Positions 1-9,599 of a stretch of DNA of 64,000 nt are shown one piece after another. Position 1 is the stretch's first letter. The number at the start of each line of letters is the position of its first letter. The stretch is from Candidatus Omnitrophota bacterium (lineage in GTDB: Bacteria; Omnitrophota; Gorgyraeia; Gygaellales; Profunditerraquicolaceae): assembly GCA_022710715.1 (NCBI GenBank), contig JAKLGJ010000001.1:42041-106040 (forward strand), given 5' to 3'. The notes under the pieces were generated by a model. The model saw only the letters and a list, made by a program, of their open reading frames with translations. It made no database searches and was not told the origin of the DNA. Both the position numbers and the translations under genes were made by a program.

Positions 1-488
1 TCCGCAAAGCCGCTTTTGACGCGGTGGGGGGGTATCGCCGGGAGTTCCCCGGCTGCCTGGATTATGATCTGGCGCTGCGGTTGTCTCAACGGTACGCCCT
101 GGCCAATCTGCCCGAGCGTCTGCTGCGTTACCGGGTCCATCCGCAGAGCATGAGCGCGGAAAAATCGGCGCGTATGGCTTTTGAAAGATCCCTGATCGTG
201 CTGGCATGGCAGAAACGCCGCCGCGGGGAATCGGATGCGGAAGTGCTCAAGACGCCGTTACCCCGGCTGAAAGAGGATCCCCGGAGGCTGCTCGCGGGTC
301 AGTATTACGGCTTCGCCGATTCGCTCTACGCCGGCGGAGACGCGCGCGCGGCGCGCAGATTCTCCTGGAAATCGCTTTGTTTATTCCCTTTTCACCGGCA
401 GGCGGCGGGTTTGCTGCTCCGGACCTGGCTTCCCGGCGCGGTCAGGAGCTGGTTGCGTAATCACAGGTCGACTCTATGCCGAAAGTAA
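1..488 (+). CDS. Family-2 glycosyltransferase, C-terminal part (5' end lies outside the window)
   Basis: Frame 3 reads ...FDAVGGYRREFPGCLDYDLALR..., the GT2 C-terminal motif region. No start is present in the window; the stop is at 488. Confidence 0.55.
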   Translation, partial: RKAAFDAVGGYRREFPGCLDYDLALRLSQRYALANLPERLLRYRVHPQSMSAEKSARMAFERSLIVLAWQKRRRGESDAEVLKTPLPRLKEDPRRLLAGQYYGFADSLYAGGDARAARRFSWKSLCLFPFHRQAAGLLLRTWLPGAVRSWLRNHRSTLCRK

Positions 489-1312
489 GTGTGGTTATTC
501 CTGTTTTTAACCGTGCGCAGCTTATCGGCAACTCTGCGCGCAGCGTGCTCGCACAATCGTTCACCGATCTCGAGCTGATCATTGTCGACGACGGCTCGAC
601 GGACGGGACTGCGGCCGCGCTCGAAGCGCTGCAGCGAACCGACGCGCGTATCAGGCTGGTCCGCCATGAGCGCAACCGCGGTGAAGCCGCTGCCCGCAAT
701 ACCGGGATCCGCGCCGCCTGCGGCGAGTTCATCGCGCACCATGATTCCGACGATATCTGGCTGCCGCAGAAGCTGGAGCGGCAGGTCCGTTTCCTGGAGT
801 CGGCGCCGGCCGAGACGGGGCTGGTTTATTGCAGTTTCCGTATCCATCGCGGCGCGACGGTGCTGGACTATCCTCCCGAACAGGTGAAGCAGCGTCAGGG
901 CAGGCTGCACGAGGTGTTGATCAAGGGTAATTTTATCGGCACGCCCACGGTGCTGATGCGCCGGGAATGTTTCGACAAAGCCGGGCTCTTTGACGAAGCC
1001 CTGCCGCATCTGGTGGACTGGGATCTGTGGCTGCGCGTTTCCAGAGAGTACAGCTTCGGGTTCGTCGCCGAACCGCTGGTAGAGGTGTACTACCAGCCGC
1101 AGAGCGTCACCGCGGATATGCGCGCCCGGCTGCGCGCCACGGAAATGGTGATACGTAAATATCCGGCGGATTTCTCCCGTCAGGGACGTCAGGGACGCAC
1201 GGAAAACATCCTGGCCGATACCTATCGTGGTATGGCCAGGAAAGCGCGGGAGCACGGCTACCCGTTTCTGGCTTTGAGGTATATGTGGAGATGGTTGAGT
1301 GCAGCGTTGTAA
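476..1312 (+). CDS. Glycosyltransferase family 2
   Basis: VSVVIPVFNRAQ...IIVDDGSTDGT...DSDDIWLPQKL: the classic GT2 N-terminal DxD/DDGS architecture. The ATG overlaps the upstream gene end. Confidence 0.85.
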   Translation: MPKVSVVIPVFNRAQLIGNSARSVLAQSFTDLELIIVDDGSTDGTAAALEALQRTDARIRLVRHERNRGEAAARNTGIRAACGEFIAHHDSDDIWLPQKLERQVRFLESAPAETGLVYCSFRIHRGATVLDYPPEQVKQRQGRLHEVLIKGNFIGTPTVLMRRECFDKAGLFDEALPHLVDWDLWLRVSREYSFGFVAEPLVEVYYQPQSVTADMRARLRATEMVIRKYPADFSRQGRQGRTENILADTYRGMARKAREHGYPFLALRYMWRWLSAAL

Positions 1313-2214
1313 TCGTTAACTGGAATACCCGCGACTGCCTGGAAGGCTGTCTGCGGTCGGTGTTCGGCAATCTCGCCGGCATCGCCGCGGAGGTGATCGT
1401 GGTGGATAACGGTTCTTCCGACGGCAGCGTGGAGATGGTGCGGCGGGATTTTTCGTCGGTGCGGCTGATCACCAATCCGCAGAATCTGGGTTTCAGCAAA
1501 GCGATCAATCAGGGCATTCGCGTCTGCCAGGGCAGTGCCATCCTGCTGCTGAACAGCGATATTGTGCTGGGCAAACAGGCGGTGCCGCTCATGCTGCGGA
1601 TCCTGCAGCAGCACGCGCAGGCCGCTGCGCTGGCCTGTCAGCTGCGTAATCCGGATAACTCGGTGCAGTTTTTCTGCCGCAGGTTCCCGGTCCTGCTGAC
1701 CGCGCTGTTCCAGAACACGTTCCTGGAGCGGCTCTTCCCGCGCAACCGCGTCCTGGATGCCTATTATATGCGGCAATGGCAGCACGATGATTTCCGGGTG
1801 GTGGAACAGCCGCCTGCCTGCTGTTTGCTGGTGCGCAAAGGAATATTCGATAAGGTCGGCCTGTTCGATGAGCGGATGTTCCTCTTCTTCAGCGACGTAG
1901 ACCTGTGCCTGCGCATAAAACAGGCCCGGTACAGTATTTACTTCAGCCCGCATGTTCAGGCGGTGCATTATCACGGCGTGGCGACCCGGCGGTTGCTTGC
2001 CGCCGATCCCGGCGCGGAGAGGATCTGGCATAAAGACCGGTTCACCTATTACCGCAAGCATTTCGGTTTCGCAGCGGTGCTGTGCATCAAGGCGGTCATG
2101 ATCCTGGATTTCTCTTTGCGTCTGGCGGAATCGCTCCGGCTGCGTCTGCAAGGTAAACTGCCCGCCGGAACGTTGCGCCGGCAATGCGCATTGTTCACGG
2201 TCATCTTGAGTTAA
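1285..2214 (+). CDS. Glycosyltransferase family 2
   Basis: CSVVIVNWNTRDCL...VIVVDNGSSDGS...LLLNSDIVL. GTG start at 1285, or ATG at 1291. Overlaps the previous gene. Confidence 0.85.
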   Translation: MEMVECSVVIVNWNTRDCLEGCLRSVFGNLAGIAAEVIVVDNGSSDGSVEMVRRDFSSVRLITNPQNLGFSKAINQGIRVCQGSAILLLNSDIVLGKQAVPLMLRILQQHAQAAALACQLRNPDNSVQFFCRRFPVLLTALFQNTFLERLFPRNRVLDAYYMRQWQHDDFRVVEQPPACCLLVRKGIFDKVGLFDERMFLFFSDVDLCLRIKQARYSIYFSPHVQAVHYHGVATRRLLAADPGAERIWHKDRFTYYRKHFGFAAVLCIKAVMILDFSLRLAESLRLRLQGKLPAGTLRRQCALFTVILS

Positions 2215-2215
2215 A

Positions 2216-3097
2216 ATGAACGCTCCCAGCGTGCCCATAGATCTGATCACGGTGAATTACAATAATCGTTCTTTCCTGGAGGAATTTATCGCCGGCCTGG
2301 AAGGGCAGACCTATCCTAAAGACAAGATGCGCCTGTTCTTCGTGGATAATGCCTCCCGGGACAGGTCGCTGGAACTGGTCAAAGGTTTGAGAACGTCATT
2401 TAAGCTTGAAGTGGTGGTGAACCGTCGCAACGAAGGGTTTGCCCGGGCCAATAACCGGGTATTCCCCCGTTGTACGGCTGAATATATCGCTCTGGTCAAT
2501 AATGACACCCGCCTGGATAAAGAATGGTTGAGCGCTCTGGTGGCGCGCATGCAGGCCGATGCGTCTATCGGCGCGGTTTGTTCAAAACGTATCCCGCAGG
2601 AGGCGCCCCGGTTCATTGATCCCGTCACCGGAGAGATCAGCTGGTGTTCCGCCGGCCATTGCCTGGTGCGTCGAGCGGCGCTGGAGAAGAGCGGGTATTT
2701 CGACGAGGCATTCTTCATGTACGGGGAGGACGTGGATCTGTCATGGCGGATGTGGCTGCGGGGTTTTCGCTGCGTGTATGTTCCGGAATCCATCTGCGAA
2801 CATCATTTCGGAAAGACGGAAAACTACCGGCTCAAACGGCTGTTCTACCATGCGCGCAATTCCATTCTCCTGCGGTACGCTTACGGCACCGGCAGGGATA
2901 TCCGCTCGGCGTTGTGGCGCTGGATCAAAGAAGCATTGTCTCTGGGGCTGAAACGGCTGCAGGCCGGTCAGGCAGCGGCGGTGCTGGCAGCGGTAATCTG
3001 CCACTGCGTAAAGATCCCGTATTTCCTGGGGAAGAAAAAATCCTTACAAGCGCTGCTCGCGCAGCGGCCTGATGCCGAAAAATGGATCCGATTGTGA
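2216..3097 (+). CDS. Glycosyltransferase family 2
   Basis: IDLITVNYNNRSFLEE...FFVDNASRDRS...LVNNDTRLD, a GT2 rhamnosyltransferase-like fold. Confidence 0.8.
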   Translation: MNAPSVPIDLITVNYNNRSFLEEFIAGLEGQTYPKDKMRLFFVDNASRDRSLELVKGLRTSFKLEVVVNRRNEGFARANNRVFPRCTAEYIALVNNDTRLDKEWLSALVARMQADASIGAVCSKRIPQEAPRFIDPVTGEISWCSAGHCLVRRAALEKSGYFDEAFFMYGEDVDLSWRMWLRGFRCVYVPESICEHHFGKTENYRLKRLFYHARNSILLRYAYGTGRDIRSALWRWIKEALSLGLKRLQAGQAAAVLAAVICHCVKIPYFLGKKKSLQALLAQRPDAEKWIRL

Positions 3098-3873
3098 CCC
3101 CGAAGATATCCGCGGTAGTGATGATCTATAACGAAGAGAAGCAGATCCGCGCCTGTCTCGAGACCATTCGATGGGTCGACGAGATAGTGATCTGTGATTC
3201 GTATTCCACCGATCGAACGGTGGAGATCTGCCGGGAATATACGGATAAGATATTTCAGAGGCGTTTCGATAATTTCGGCGCCCAGAAGAGCTGGACCCTG
3301 GATAAACCCGGTCATGAATGGGTGCTCTTTGTGGAAGCGGATGAGCGTTTTACGCCGGAACTCGCCCGGGAGATCCGCGACCGCATCGGCCGCGGCGAGG
3401 GATACGACGGATACTGGATGCCGTTCGAGAATTACGTTCTCGGCCGGCGGATGCAGAGTCCTTTCTGGGAGTTCAAGAAGATAAAGCTTTATCGTAAAGG
3501 CACGGGCCGCTGGCAGGAAAGAAGAGTGCATGCCCGATTTATCCTGGACGGTAAAGCCGGAGAACTGACGCATGCCGTCAGACATTATCCCTATGAACGG
3601 CTGGGGGATTTTGTGCGCAAATCCTGGCGGGCGACCACCCTGGAAGCGCAGGAGATCGCGGCAGGGAATAAGGCGCCGGGCTGGACGCAGCTGCCGAAGT
3701 CTTTCCTCGGCGCAGGTCTGACTTTTGCCCGGTTCTATTTCAGCCGGGGAGAATATAAGAACGGTTGGCGGGGATTCGTGTTTTCCTGTTTTGCCGCGCC
3801 GCAGGCGTTCTTGACCCGGATCAAAGCGATTACGTTCAAGGTGCGTGGGTATGGATACCGCCGGGCAGTTTGA
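3082..3873 (+). CDS. Glycosyltransferase family 2 (LPS-core WaaE/KdtX-like)
   Basis: ISAVVMIYNEEKQIRACLETIRWVDEIVICDSYSTDRT, the GT2 'glycosyl transferase family 2' core-biosynthesis type. ATG overlaps the upstream stop. Confidence 0.75.
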   Translation: MDPIVTPKISAVVMIYNEEKQIRACLETIRWVDEIVICDSYSTDRTVEICREYTDKIFQRRFDNFGAQKSWTLDKPGHEWVLFVEADERFTPELAREIRDRIGRGEGYDGYWMPFENYVLGRRMQSPFWEFKKIKLYRKGTGRWQERRVHARFILDGKAGELTHAVRHYPYERLGDFVRKSWRATTLEAQEIAAGNKAPGWTQLPKSFLGAGLTFARFYFSRGEYKNGWRGFVFSCFAAPQAFLTRIKAITFKVRGYGYRRAV

Positions 3874-4873
3874 ATATGTGCGGTGCAATCTTTGTGGCGC
3901 GGATGCGCCGGAGCCGTTCGCCGAAGGTACGGATCGGCTTTTAAAGCGCGGGGAGCGGTTCACGCTGGTTCGCTGCAGCCGCTGCGGGCTGGTCTATCTT
4001 AATCCCCGTCCGGCGCTCGCCGATCTGGCCCGGCATTATCCGCCGGAGTATGTCGCGTATAAGAAGATCGCCGCTGAACAGGTGGGCATTATGGGGCGGG
4101 GCACCGGTCGGTATGCCCGGCTCAAGAACCGGATCAAGCAGAGCATCCTGGAACGGTATTACGGATATCCTGCGGCGGATACGCGTGGGGGTCTCCCGCG
4201 CTGGCGGGTCCGGTTGTTCCTGGGAGTATTCCGCCGGATGTATTACCGGACTGTTCCCTGGGTGGCTGGCGGCAGGGTGCTGGATGTGGGGTGCGGCAAC
4301 GCCGCGTATCTGGCCTGGCTGAAGCAGCTGGGATGGCAGGTGCAGGGAGTGGAAATCGACCCGGGGTGCGTGCGGTATGCCCGGGAAGTCTTCGGTATCG
4401 ATGTCTTCGCAGGCCGGTTGCGGGACGCCGGGTTTGCCGACGAGTCGTTCGATTGCATTACCCTGTGGCATTCTCTGGAACATTGCGAGGATCCCAGCGG
4501 TATTCTAGCGGAATGCCGGCGCATCTTGAAAAAAGGCGGTTTACTGGTGATCTGTGTGCCCAATGTCGGTTCCTGGGAAGCCGCTCTGTTCAAACAGAGA
4601 AGCCTGTTGTGCGATCTTCCCAGGCATTTCTACGATTTTTCCGGGCGGACTCTTTCCCGGCTGCTGGAAAAGAATGCTTTAAGCCTGCGGCATATACGGT
4701 ATCTGGAGGATGTTCCCATCATCGACTGGACGCTCAACGGCTGGCTGGCAGAGAAGAACATCCCGTTGCGACTGCCGGCCGGGATGTGGCGCAGTCCTTT
4801 GCTGCGCCCGCTCTACGCGCTGATGGAACGGCTGCGGACGGCGAATGTGATGATCTGTTACGCGCGAAGATAA
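3845..4873 (+). CDS. Class I SAM-dependent methyltransferase with N-terminal Cys4 zinc ribbon
   Basis: CNLCG...CSRCGLVYLNP zinc ribbon, then LDVGCGNAAYLAWL (SAM motif I) and LWHSLEHCEDP/GGLLVICVPN. An alternative ATG at 3851 is possible. Confidence 0.75.
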   Translation: MGMDTAGQFEYVRCNLCGADAPEPFAEGTDRLLKRGERFTLVRCSRCGLVYLNPRPALADLARHYPPEYVAYKKIAAEQVGIMGRGTGRYARLKNRIKQSILERYYGYPAADTRGGLPRWRVRLFLGVFRRMYYRTVPWVAGGRVLDVGCGNAAYLAWLKQLGWQVQGVEIDPGCVRYAREVFGIDVFAGRLRDAGFADESFDCITLWHSLEHCEDPSGILAECRRILKKGGLLVICVPNVGSWEAALFKQRSLLCDLPRHFYDFSGRTLSRLLEKNALSLRHIRYLEDVPIIDWTLNGWLAEKNIPLRLPAGMWRSPLLRPLYALMERLRTANVMICYARR

Positions 4874-4882
4874 GGATTGAAA

Positions 4883-5833
4883 ATGGCTCTGGAGAAGTCG
4901 ACCTTGGTATCGGTGGTTGTTTTGAACCTTAACGGCTGCGAGTTGCTCAAAGTATGTTTGGCTGCGCTGGTCAGCCAGACCTACCAGCCGGTGGAAATAA
5001 TCGTGGTGGATAACGGTTCGCAGGATGATTCCGTGGACGTCCTGAAGAAAGAGTACCCGCAGATCAGGATCATTGAAAATAAACGCAACCTCGGCTATGC
5101 GCCGGCCGCGAATATCGGGATCAAACAGGCCCGCGGCGAGTATATCGCGGTGTTGAATAACGATACGCGTTGCGATCTGGACTGGCTGCAGAAGCTGATG
5201 GATATCATGGCTACCGATGAACGTATCGGCAGCTGTTCATCCAAGCAAATGAACTTTTTCCAGCCGGAGATCATCGATTCCGCGGGTATTCAGCTGCATC
5301 GGGGCGGATTTCCCTTGAACCGGGGCCGGGGGCAGAAAGACACCGGTCAGTTCTCCACGGTTGAACCGGTGCTGGGCGCTGCCGGGGCGTCGGCGTTATA
5401 CCGTCGCCGGATGCTTGAAGAGGCCGGGTTGTTCGATGAAGTTTTTTTTGCCTACAACGAAGAATTCGATCTGGCCTTGCGGCAGCTTCTCTGCGGCTGG
5501 AAATGCATGTTTGTGCCGGATGCCACGGTGTATCATATGAGCGGAGCTACCCGGGCTAAAAAAGATCAGCGGTTCCTGGTGTATTATATGGAGCGTAACC
5601 GGATCTTTACGCTGATCAAGGATTTCCCCTGGCCGGTGATCAGAGAGAACTTCCTTTTTCTGCTCAAATACGAATGGGACATCTTCCTGCGCGTGCTGCG
5701 TTTCGAGTTTGCGCCTCTCCGGGCCAGGCTGGCGGCGTTGAAATATATTCCGGCAATGATCAAGAAGCGTAAAGTCATTCAAAGCCGCAAAAAGATCGGC
5801 GCGGAAGAATTCCGAAGATGGATCATGCATTGA
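4883..5833 (+). CDS. Glycosyltransferase family 2
   Basis: VSVVVLNLNGCELL...IIVVDNGSQDDS...AVLNNDTRCD. ATG at 4883 sits behind AAGGA; the ORF track used TTG at 4877. Confidence 0.8.
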   Translation: MALEKSTLVSVVVLNLNGCELLKVCLAALVSQTYQPVEIIVVDNGSQDDSVDVLKKEYPQIRIIENKRNLGYAPAANIGIKQARGEYIAVLNNDTRCDLDWLQKLMDIMATDERIGSCSSKQMNFFQPEIIDSAGIQLHRGGFPLNRGRGQKDTGQFSTVEPVLGAAGASALYRRRMLEEAGLFDEVFFAYNEEFDLALRQLLCGWKCMFVPDATVYHMSGATRAKKDQRFLVYYMERNRIFTLIKDFPWPVIRENFLFLLKYEWDIFLRVLRFEFAPLRARLAALKYIPAMIKKRKVIQSRKKIGAEEFRRWIMH

Positions 5834-5851
5834 CGCTGAAGGAGCGAATGA

Positions 5852-6982
5852 GTGCGCATCGGTATTGATATCCGTCCGTTGATATTTACCCGGGCAGGGA
5901 TACACACGTATGTCCGTCAACTGGTCGAGCATTTATCCGCAGTGCCGGGCAATCAGCTTTTTTTGTTCACCAGCGCTGCCAGCGGCGTTGCCCGGGATGC
6001 GCGCACCGTCAAAGAAGTGAACCTGCGCCTGCCGCAGGTGCATCCCTGGTGTGAACGATTCTGGCAGAGCATACTGCTGCCGCCCGCAGCCAGAAGAGAG
6101 CGGCTGGCGGTTTTTCACGGCACGCGATTCTGGGTCCCGCACGGCGCCGGTTGTCCTTCGGTGGTAACGGTGCATGATCTCGCTTTTAAAAAGTTGAGCG
6201 GTCTGGTGGAAAAAAAGACCGCGGTTTTCTTCGATCGTCTGGTCAGGCAAAGCCTGCGGCGGGCTGATCGGGTCATCGTGCCTTCAGAGACCAGTAAAGC
6301 CGATCTGATCCAGCTCTATGCCGCCCGGCCGCAACAGATCGAGGTGGTTTACGAAGCGGCGGAAAAGCTTTTCGCGCCCCGCGAAAAAAAGACGGCGCAG
6401 GAGGAGTGCCGCCGGCGTTTCGGGATCACCCGGCCGTTTTTCCTCTTTGCCGGCACGCTGGAACCGCGCAAGAACCTGGTCCGGCTGCTGGAAGCATACG
6501 GCCTGATCCATGACCATAGTGAAACGGATTTAGTGATCGCCGGAGGCAAAGGATGGCAGTATCAGGATATGTTCGCCGCAGTCCGTCGACTGGGTCTGGA
6601 GTCGCGGGTGAGGTTCATCGGATATGTCCAGCCGCAGGAGCTGTGCGCTCTCTACAATGCCTGCGAGGTGTTTGTTTTTCCGTCTATCTATGAAGGTTTC
6701 GGTTTGCCGGTGCTCGAAGCCATTGCCTGCGGGGCTGTGGCGGTCACCGCAGCTAATTCCGCGCTGCGGGAATTGTTCGGGGAATGCACCTGCCAGGTCG
6801 ACGCCGGGTCGGCGGAATCCATCGCGGATGGTTTACGCCGGGCCGCCGCGGATACCGGGTTACGGCGCGCTTTGCGCGAGAAGGGATTACGCCGGGCAGG
6901 GGAGTTCTCCTGGGAAAAGACAGCTGCCCGGACTCTGGAAGTGTATCGCCAAGTGATCGGGGACGTTCCCATACTACCATGA
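5852..6982 (+). CDS. Glycosyltransferase family 4 (GT-B, GT1 superfamily)
   Basis: FLFAGTLEPRKNLVRL...EGFGLPVLEAIACGAVAV, the GT4 C-terminal domain. GTG start follows GGAGCG. Confidence 0.8.
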   Translation: MRIGIDIRPLIFTRAGIHTYVRQLVEHLSAVPGNQLFLFTSAASGVARDARTVKEVNLRLPQVHPWCERFWQSILLPPAARRERLAVFHGTRFWVPHGAGCPSVVTVHDLAFKKLSGLVEKKTAVFFDRLVRQSLRRADRVIVPSETSKADLIQLYAARPQQIEVVYEAAEKLFAPREKKTAQEECRRRFGITRPFFLFAGTLEPRKNLVRLLEAYGLIHDHSETDLVIAGGKGWQYQDMFAAVRRLGLESRVRFIGYVQPQELCALYNACEVFVFPSIYEGFGLPVLEAIACGAVAVTAANSALRELFGECTCQVDAGSAESIADGLRRAAADTGLRRALREKGLRRAGEFSWEKTAARTLEVYRQVIGDVPILP

Positions 6983-8103
6983 AAATTCTGATGATCGATG
7001 CCGGCGGATGGGGAGGGATCACCCATTACACCTATAATCTGATCCGGGCTTTGTCGCAGGACGCATCGCTGGAATGCGTGCTTTTGACCGACACCGCATA
7101 TGAGCTGGATTTCCTGCCGCGTAACTTCAGGATGATCAAAGCCGGATTCAACGGCCGGGCGTATCCGGTTCAGGTGTTGGGGTTGGTGAAAACGGTCCTG
7201 GCGGTGCGGCCGGCAGTGATCCATGTGCAGACGCTCTTTACCGCCAGAAAAGACTGGTTGTTGTTTTTGCTCTGCCGCTGGCTGGGGATAAAGATCATCC
7301 TTACCGCTCATAATGTCATGCCGCACGAGGAATTCGAGCAGAAGGCTTTTTTCATGCGCCGGGCGATGCGTATCATGTATGCTTCCTGCCGCGCGATCAT
7401 CGCGCATTCCGCGTTCTCCCGGGAGCAACTGATACGGTCTTTCGGACTTCCGGCCGGCAGGATCCGGATCATCCCGCACGGCAATTATCTTTTCGCGCGG
7501 ACAGCGGAGATCACCAGAGAACAGGCAAGGCAGCAGCTGGGGATCCCTCAAGGAAAAACCGTATTCCTGCATTTCGGCGCTTTGCGCCGGTATAAGGGGA
7601 TCGATGTCCTGCTGGAAGCGTTCAAGCAGCTGCGGCTTGCCAACGACGGCGTTTTTCTGGTGCTGGCAGGAAAACCCATGCATCTCGATGAAGAGTATTT
7701 CCTGCGTCTCATCGCCGGGCTGGGATTGCAGGAGGACGTGTTGTTCAAACCGGGGTACGTGCATTTCAAGGATATCGCGGCCTTTTTCTTTGCCAGCGAT
7801 GCGGCGGTATTTCCCTATATCCGCACCGATACCAGCGGATCGCTGCAACTGGCTTACGCTTTCGGCAAGCCGGTGATCGCCACTCAAGTCGGCGGTATCC
7901 CCGAAGACGTGGAGAATAATCGTAACGGGATCCTGGTCGCTCCCGGGGATCCGGTTACCCTGAAGCTGGGGATGGAGGTCCTCGTCTTTCATCCGCAGTC
8001 ATTGGTGGCGATGGGCCGGCGTTCCTTGGCTCTGGCGCAGGAACGTTTTTCCTGGACGCAGATCGCCGTTTCGACCGCCGCTTTGTATAGAGAAAGTATA
8101 TGA
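6979..8103 (+). CDS. Glycosyltransferase family 4
   Basis: MKILMIDAGGWGGITHYTYNL...FPYIRTDTSGSLQLAYAFGKPVIATQVGGIPE. ATGA overlap with the upstream stop; the longer ORF-track start at 6784 is rejected. Confidence 0.8.
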   Translation: MKILMIDAGGWGGITHYTYNLIRALSQDASLECVLLTDTAYELDFLPRNFRMIKAGFNGRAYPVQVLGLVKTVLAVRPAVIHVQTLFTARKDWLLFLLCRWLGIKIILTAHNVMPHEEFEQKAFFMRRAMRIMYASCRAIIAHSAFSREQLIRSFGLPAGRIRIIPHGNYLFARTAEITREQARQQLGIPQGKTVFLHFGALRRYKGIDVLLEAFKQLRLANDGVFLVLAGKPMHLDEEYFLRLIAGLGLQEDVLFKPGYVHFKDIAAFFFASDAAVFPYIRTDTSGSLQLAYAFGKPVIATQVGGIPEDVENNRNGILVAPGDPVTLKLGMEVLVFHPQSLVAMGRRSLALAQERFSWTQIAVSTAALYRESI

Positions 8104-9599
8104 TGCCGGAAAGAGCAGTTCTTCTGATCATCCTCTGCGTTGTGATCGTGCTTTCAACGCTGGGTTTTTCCGCTCTGCCTGCGCCGTACGGGGACAATGC
8201 CCGGTATATCATCGTGGCCCAGTCCCTGGCTGCGGGCAAAGGTATGGCGCTGGCCAACGCGCCCGAACAGCCGCAGGATACCAAGTATCCGCCGGGATAT
8301 CCGCTGCTGCTGGCAGGGTTGATCGGGATATTCGGGTATCACCTTGCCTTGCTCAACGCTTTGTCGTTGCTCTGCACGCTGGCAACGGTGGTGATTGCCT
8401 GGAAATTCACGCGGGTGCTCGGTTTTACCCGGGGAATGCGCATACTGCTGACAGGGATCTTCGCTTTGCATCCTTTGACTTTGGAATATTCCCGGGTAAC
8501 CCTGATCGAAGCGGCGTTTGTTCTGACTTTGTTAAGCACGCTGTATTGCCTGGCGCGTTTTGAGTCGGAGAACAAAGCAGGATGGCTCCGGGCAGCCGGG
8601 GCGTTGATGATCGGCGCATTCTGTATCCGCTATTCCGCGATCATCCTGACGGTCGCGTTTATCTTTGTCGTGCGGCGGAATAAAACGCGTGCCGGCTTGA
8701 TCGGTATCTGCGGCTTGACGCTGCTTCTCCTGGCGGCGGCTTTTTTCTACAGCGGCCGGAATTTTTCCGGGAGTTATTTCGCCGAGATCCTGGATGCGGG
8801 AAATTACCTGCGGCCGGGGAACGGGACGATCGGTCTGACGGGGTTCGCCGGACGGTACGCGTACAATGCCGCGGCGTATGCCGGAAATGTTTTGCCGGAA
8901 ACCATGCTGCCGGTCACCCGTTATATCCTTCCGCATACTTTCTGGTGGCCGGCGAAGATCCTGCTCGGTCTCGGGTGTTTGGCAGCGATGAGTGCGGGAT
9001 TCTTCAGGCTCCGGCGCAGGGAGGGCGCAAGGAATTCCCTGGTTTTTGTCCTGGTTTATGCGTTGCTGCTGCCGGCATTCCCGACGTATGGCAGCCGGTA
9101 TTTATTTGCGGCGTTATTCTTTGTGCTGGTCCTGGCATTTACCGGCATGGAGCGACTGTTCCGCCGGCGCGCGCCTGCGGTTCTTGCCGCCGCAGGAGCG
9201 ATCTTTGCGGCCGGAGCGATCTGTGCAACCGCGGATATCGGCATGATCAGGCAGGGGTTCGAGCCGCAGTGGCGTAATTTCTATCGCAGCCTCGATTTTA
9301 TCAAAGAGCACGCTCCGGCGCAGGCGGTGGTGGTCTGTCGAAAACCATTCCTGGCTTACCTGGTCGCTCAACGCAGGGCAGTGGGATTTCCCGCGACCGC
9401 AGATACCGGCCGGATGATGGAGTATCTTCGCCGCATAGCCGGGGCATACGTGATCGTGGATAGTATCGATATCGCCGGGATACAGTTCAGCCGGCGGTTT
9501 CTGGAACCGGCGGTGCGCGACTACGGCGATAATTTTGAACTGCTCTATCGTCTGGAAGCGCCGCAAACGGCAGTGTATAAAGTAAAGACCGAACCATGA
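8100..9599 (+). CDS. Polytopic membrane glycosyltransferase, PMT_2/ArnT-like (GT39/GT83 family)
   Basis: More than 10 predicted TM helices. N-terminal GDNARYIIVAQSLAAGKG resembles the DxxRY/DE motif of the ArnT/PMT family. ATGA overlap. Confidence 0.65.
   Translation: MMPERAVLLIILCVVIVLSTLGFSALPAPYGDNARYIIVAQSLAAGKGMALANAPEQPQDTKYPPGYPLLLAGLIGIFGYHLALLNALSLLCTLATVVIAWKFTRVLGFTRGMRILLTGIFALHPLTLEYSRVTLIEAAFVLTLLSTLYCLARFESENKAGWLRAAGALMIGAFCIRYSAIILTVAFIFVVRRNKTRAGLIGICGLTLLLLAAAFFYSGRNFSGSYFAEILDAGNYLRPGNGTIGLTGFAGRYAYNAAAYAGNVLPETMLPVTRYILPHTFWWPAKILLGLGCLAAMSAGFFRLRRREGARNSLVFVLVYALLLPAFPTYGSRYLFAALFFVLVLAFTGMERLFRRRAPAVLAAAGAIFAAGAICATADIGMIRQGFEPQWRNFYRSLDFIKEHAPAQAVVVCRKPFLAYLVAQRRAVGFPATADTGRMMEYLRRIAGAYVIVDSIDIAGIQFSRRFLEPAVRDYGDNFELLYRLEAPQTAVYKVKTEP

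Noticed and set aside
206-732. Small ORFs 206-460 (+), 442-732 (-), 582-887 (+) at the window start.
   Set aside because: They are embedded in or antisense to GT2 genes, with no independent support.
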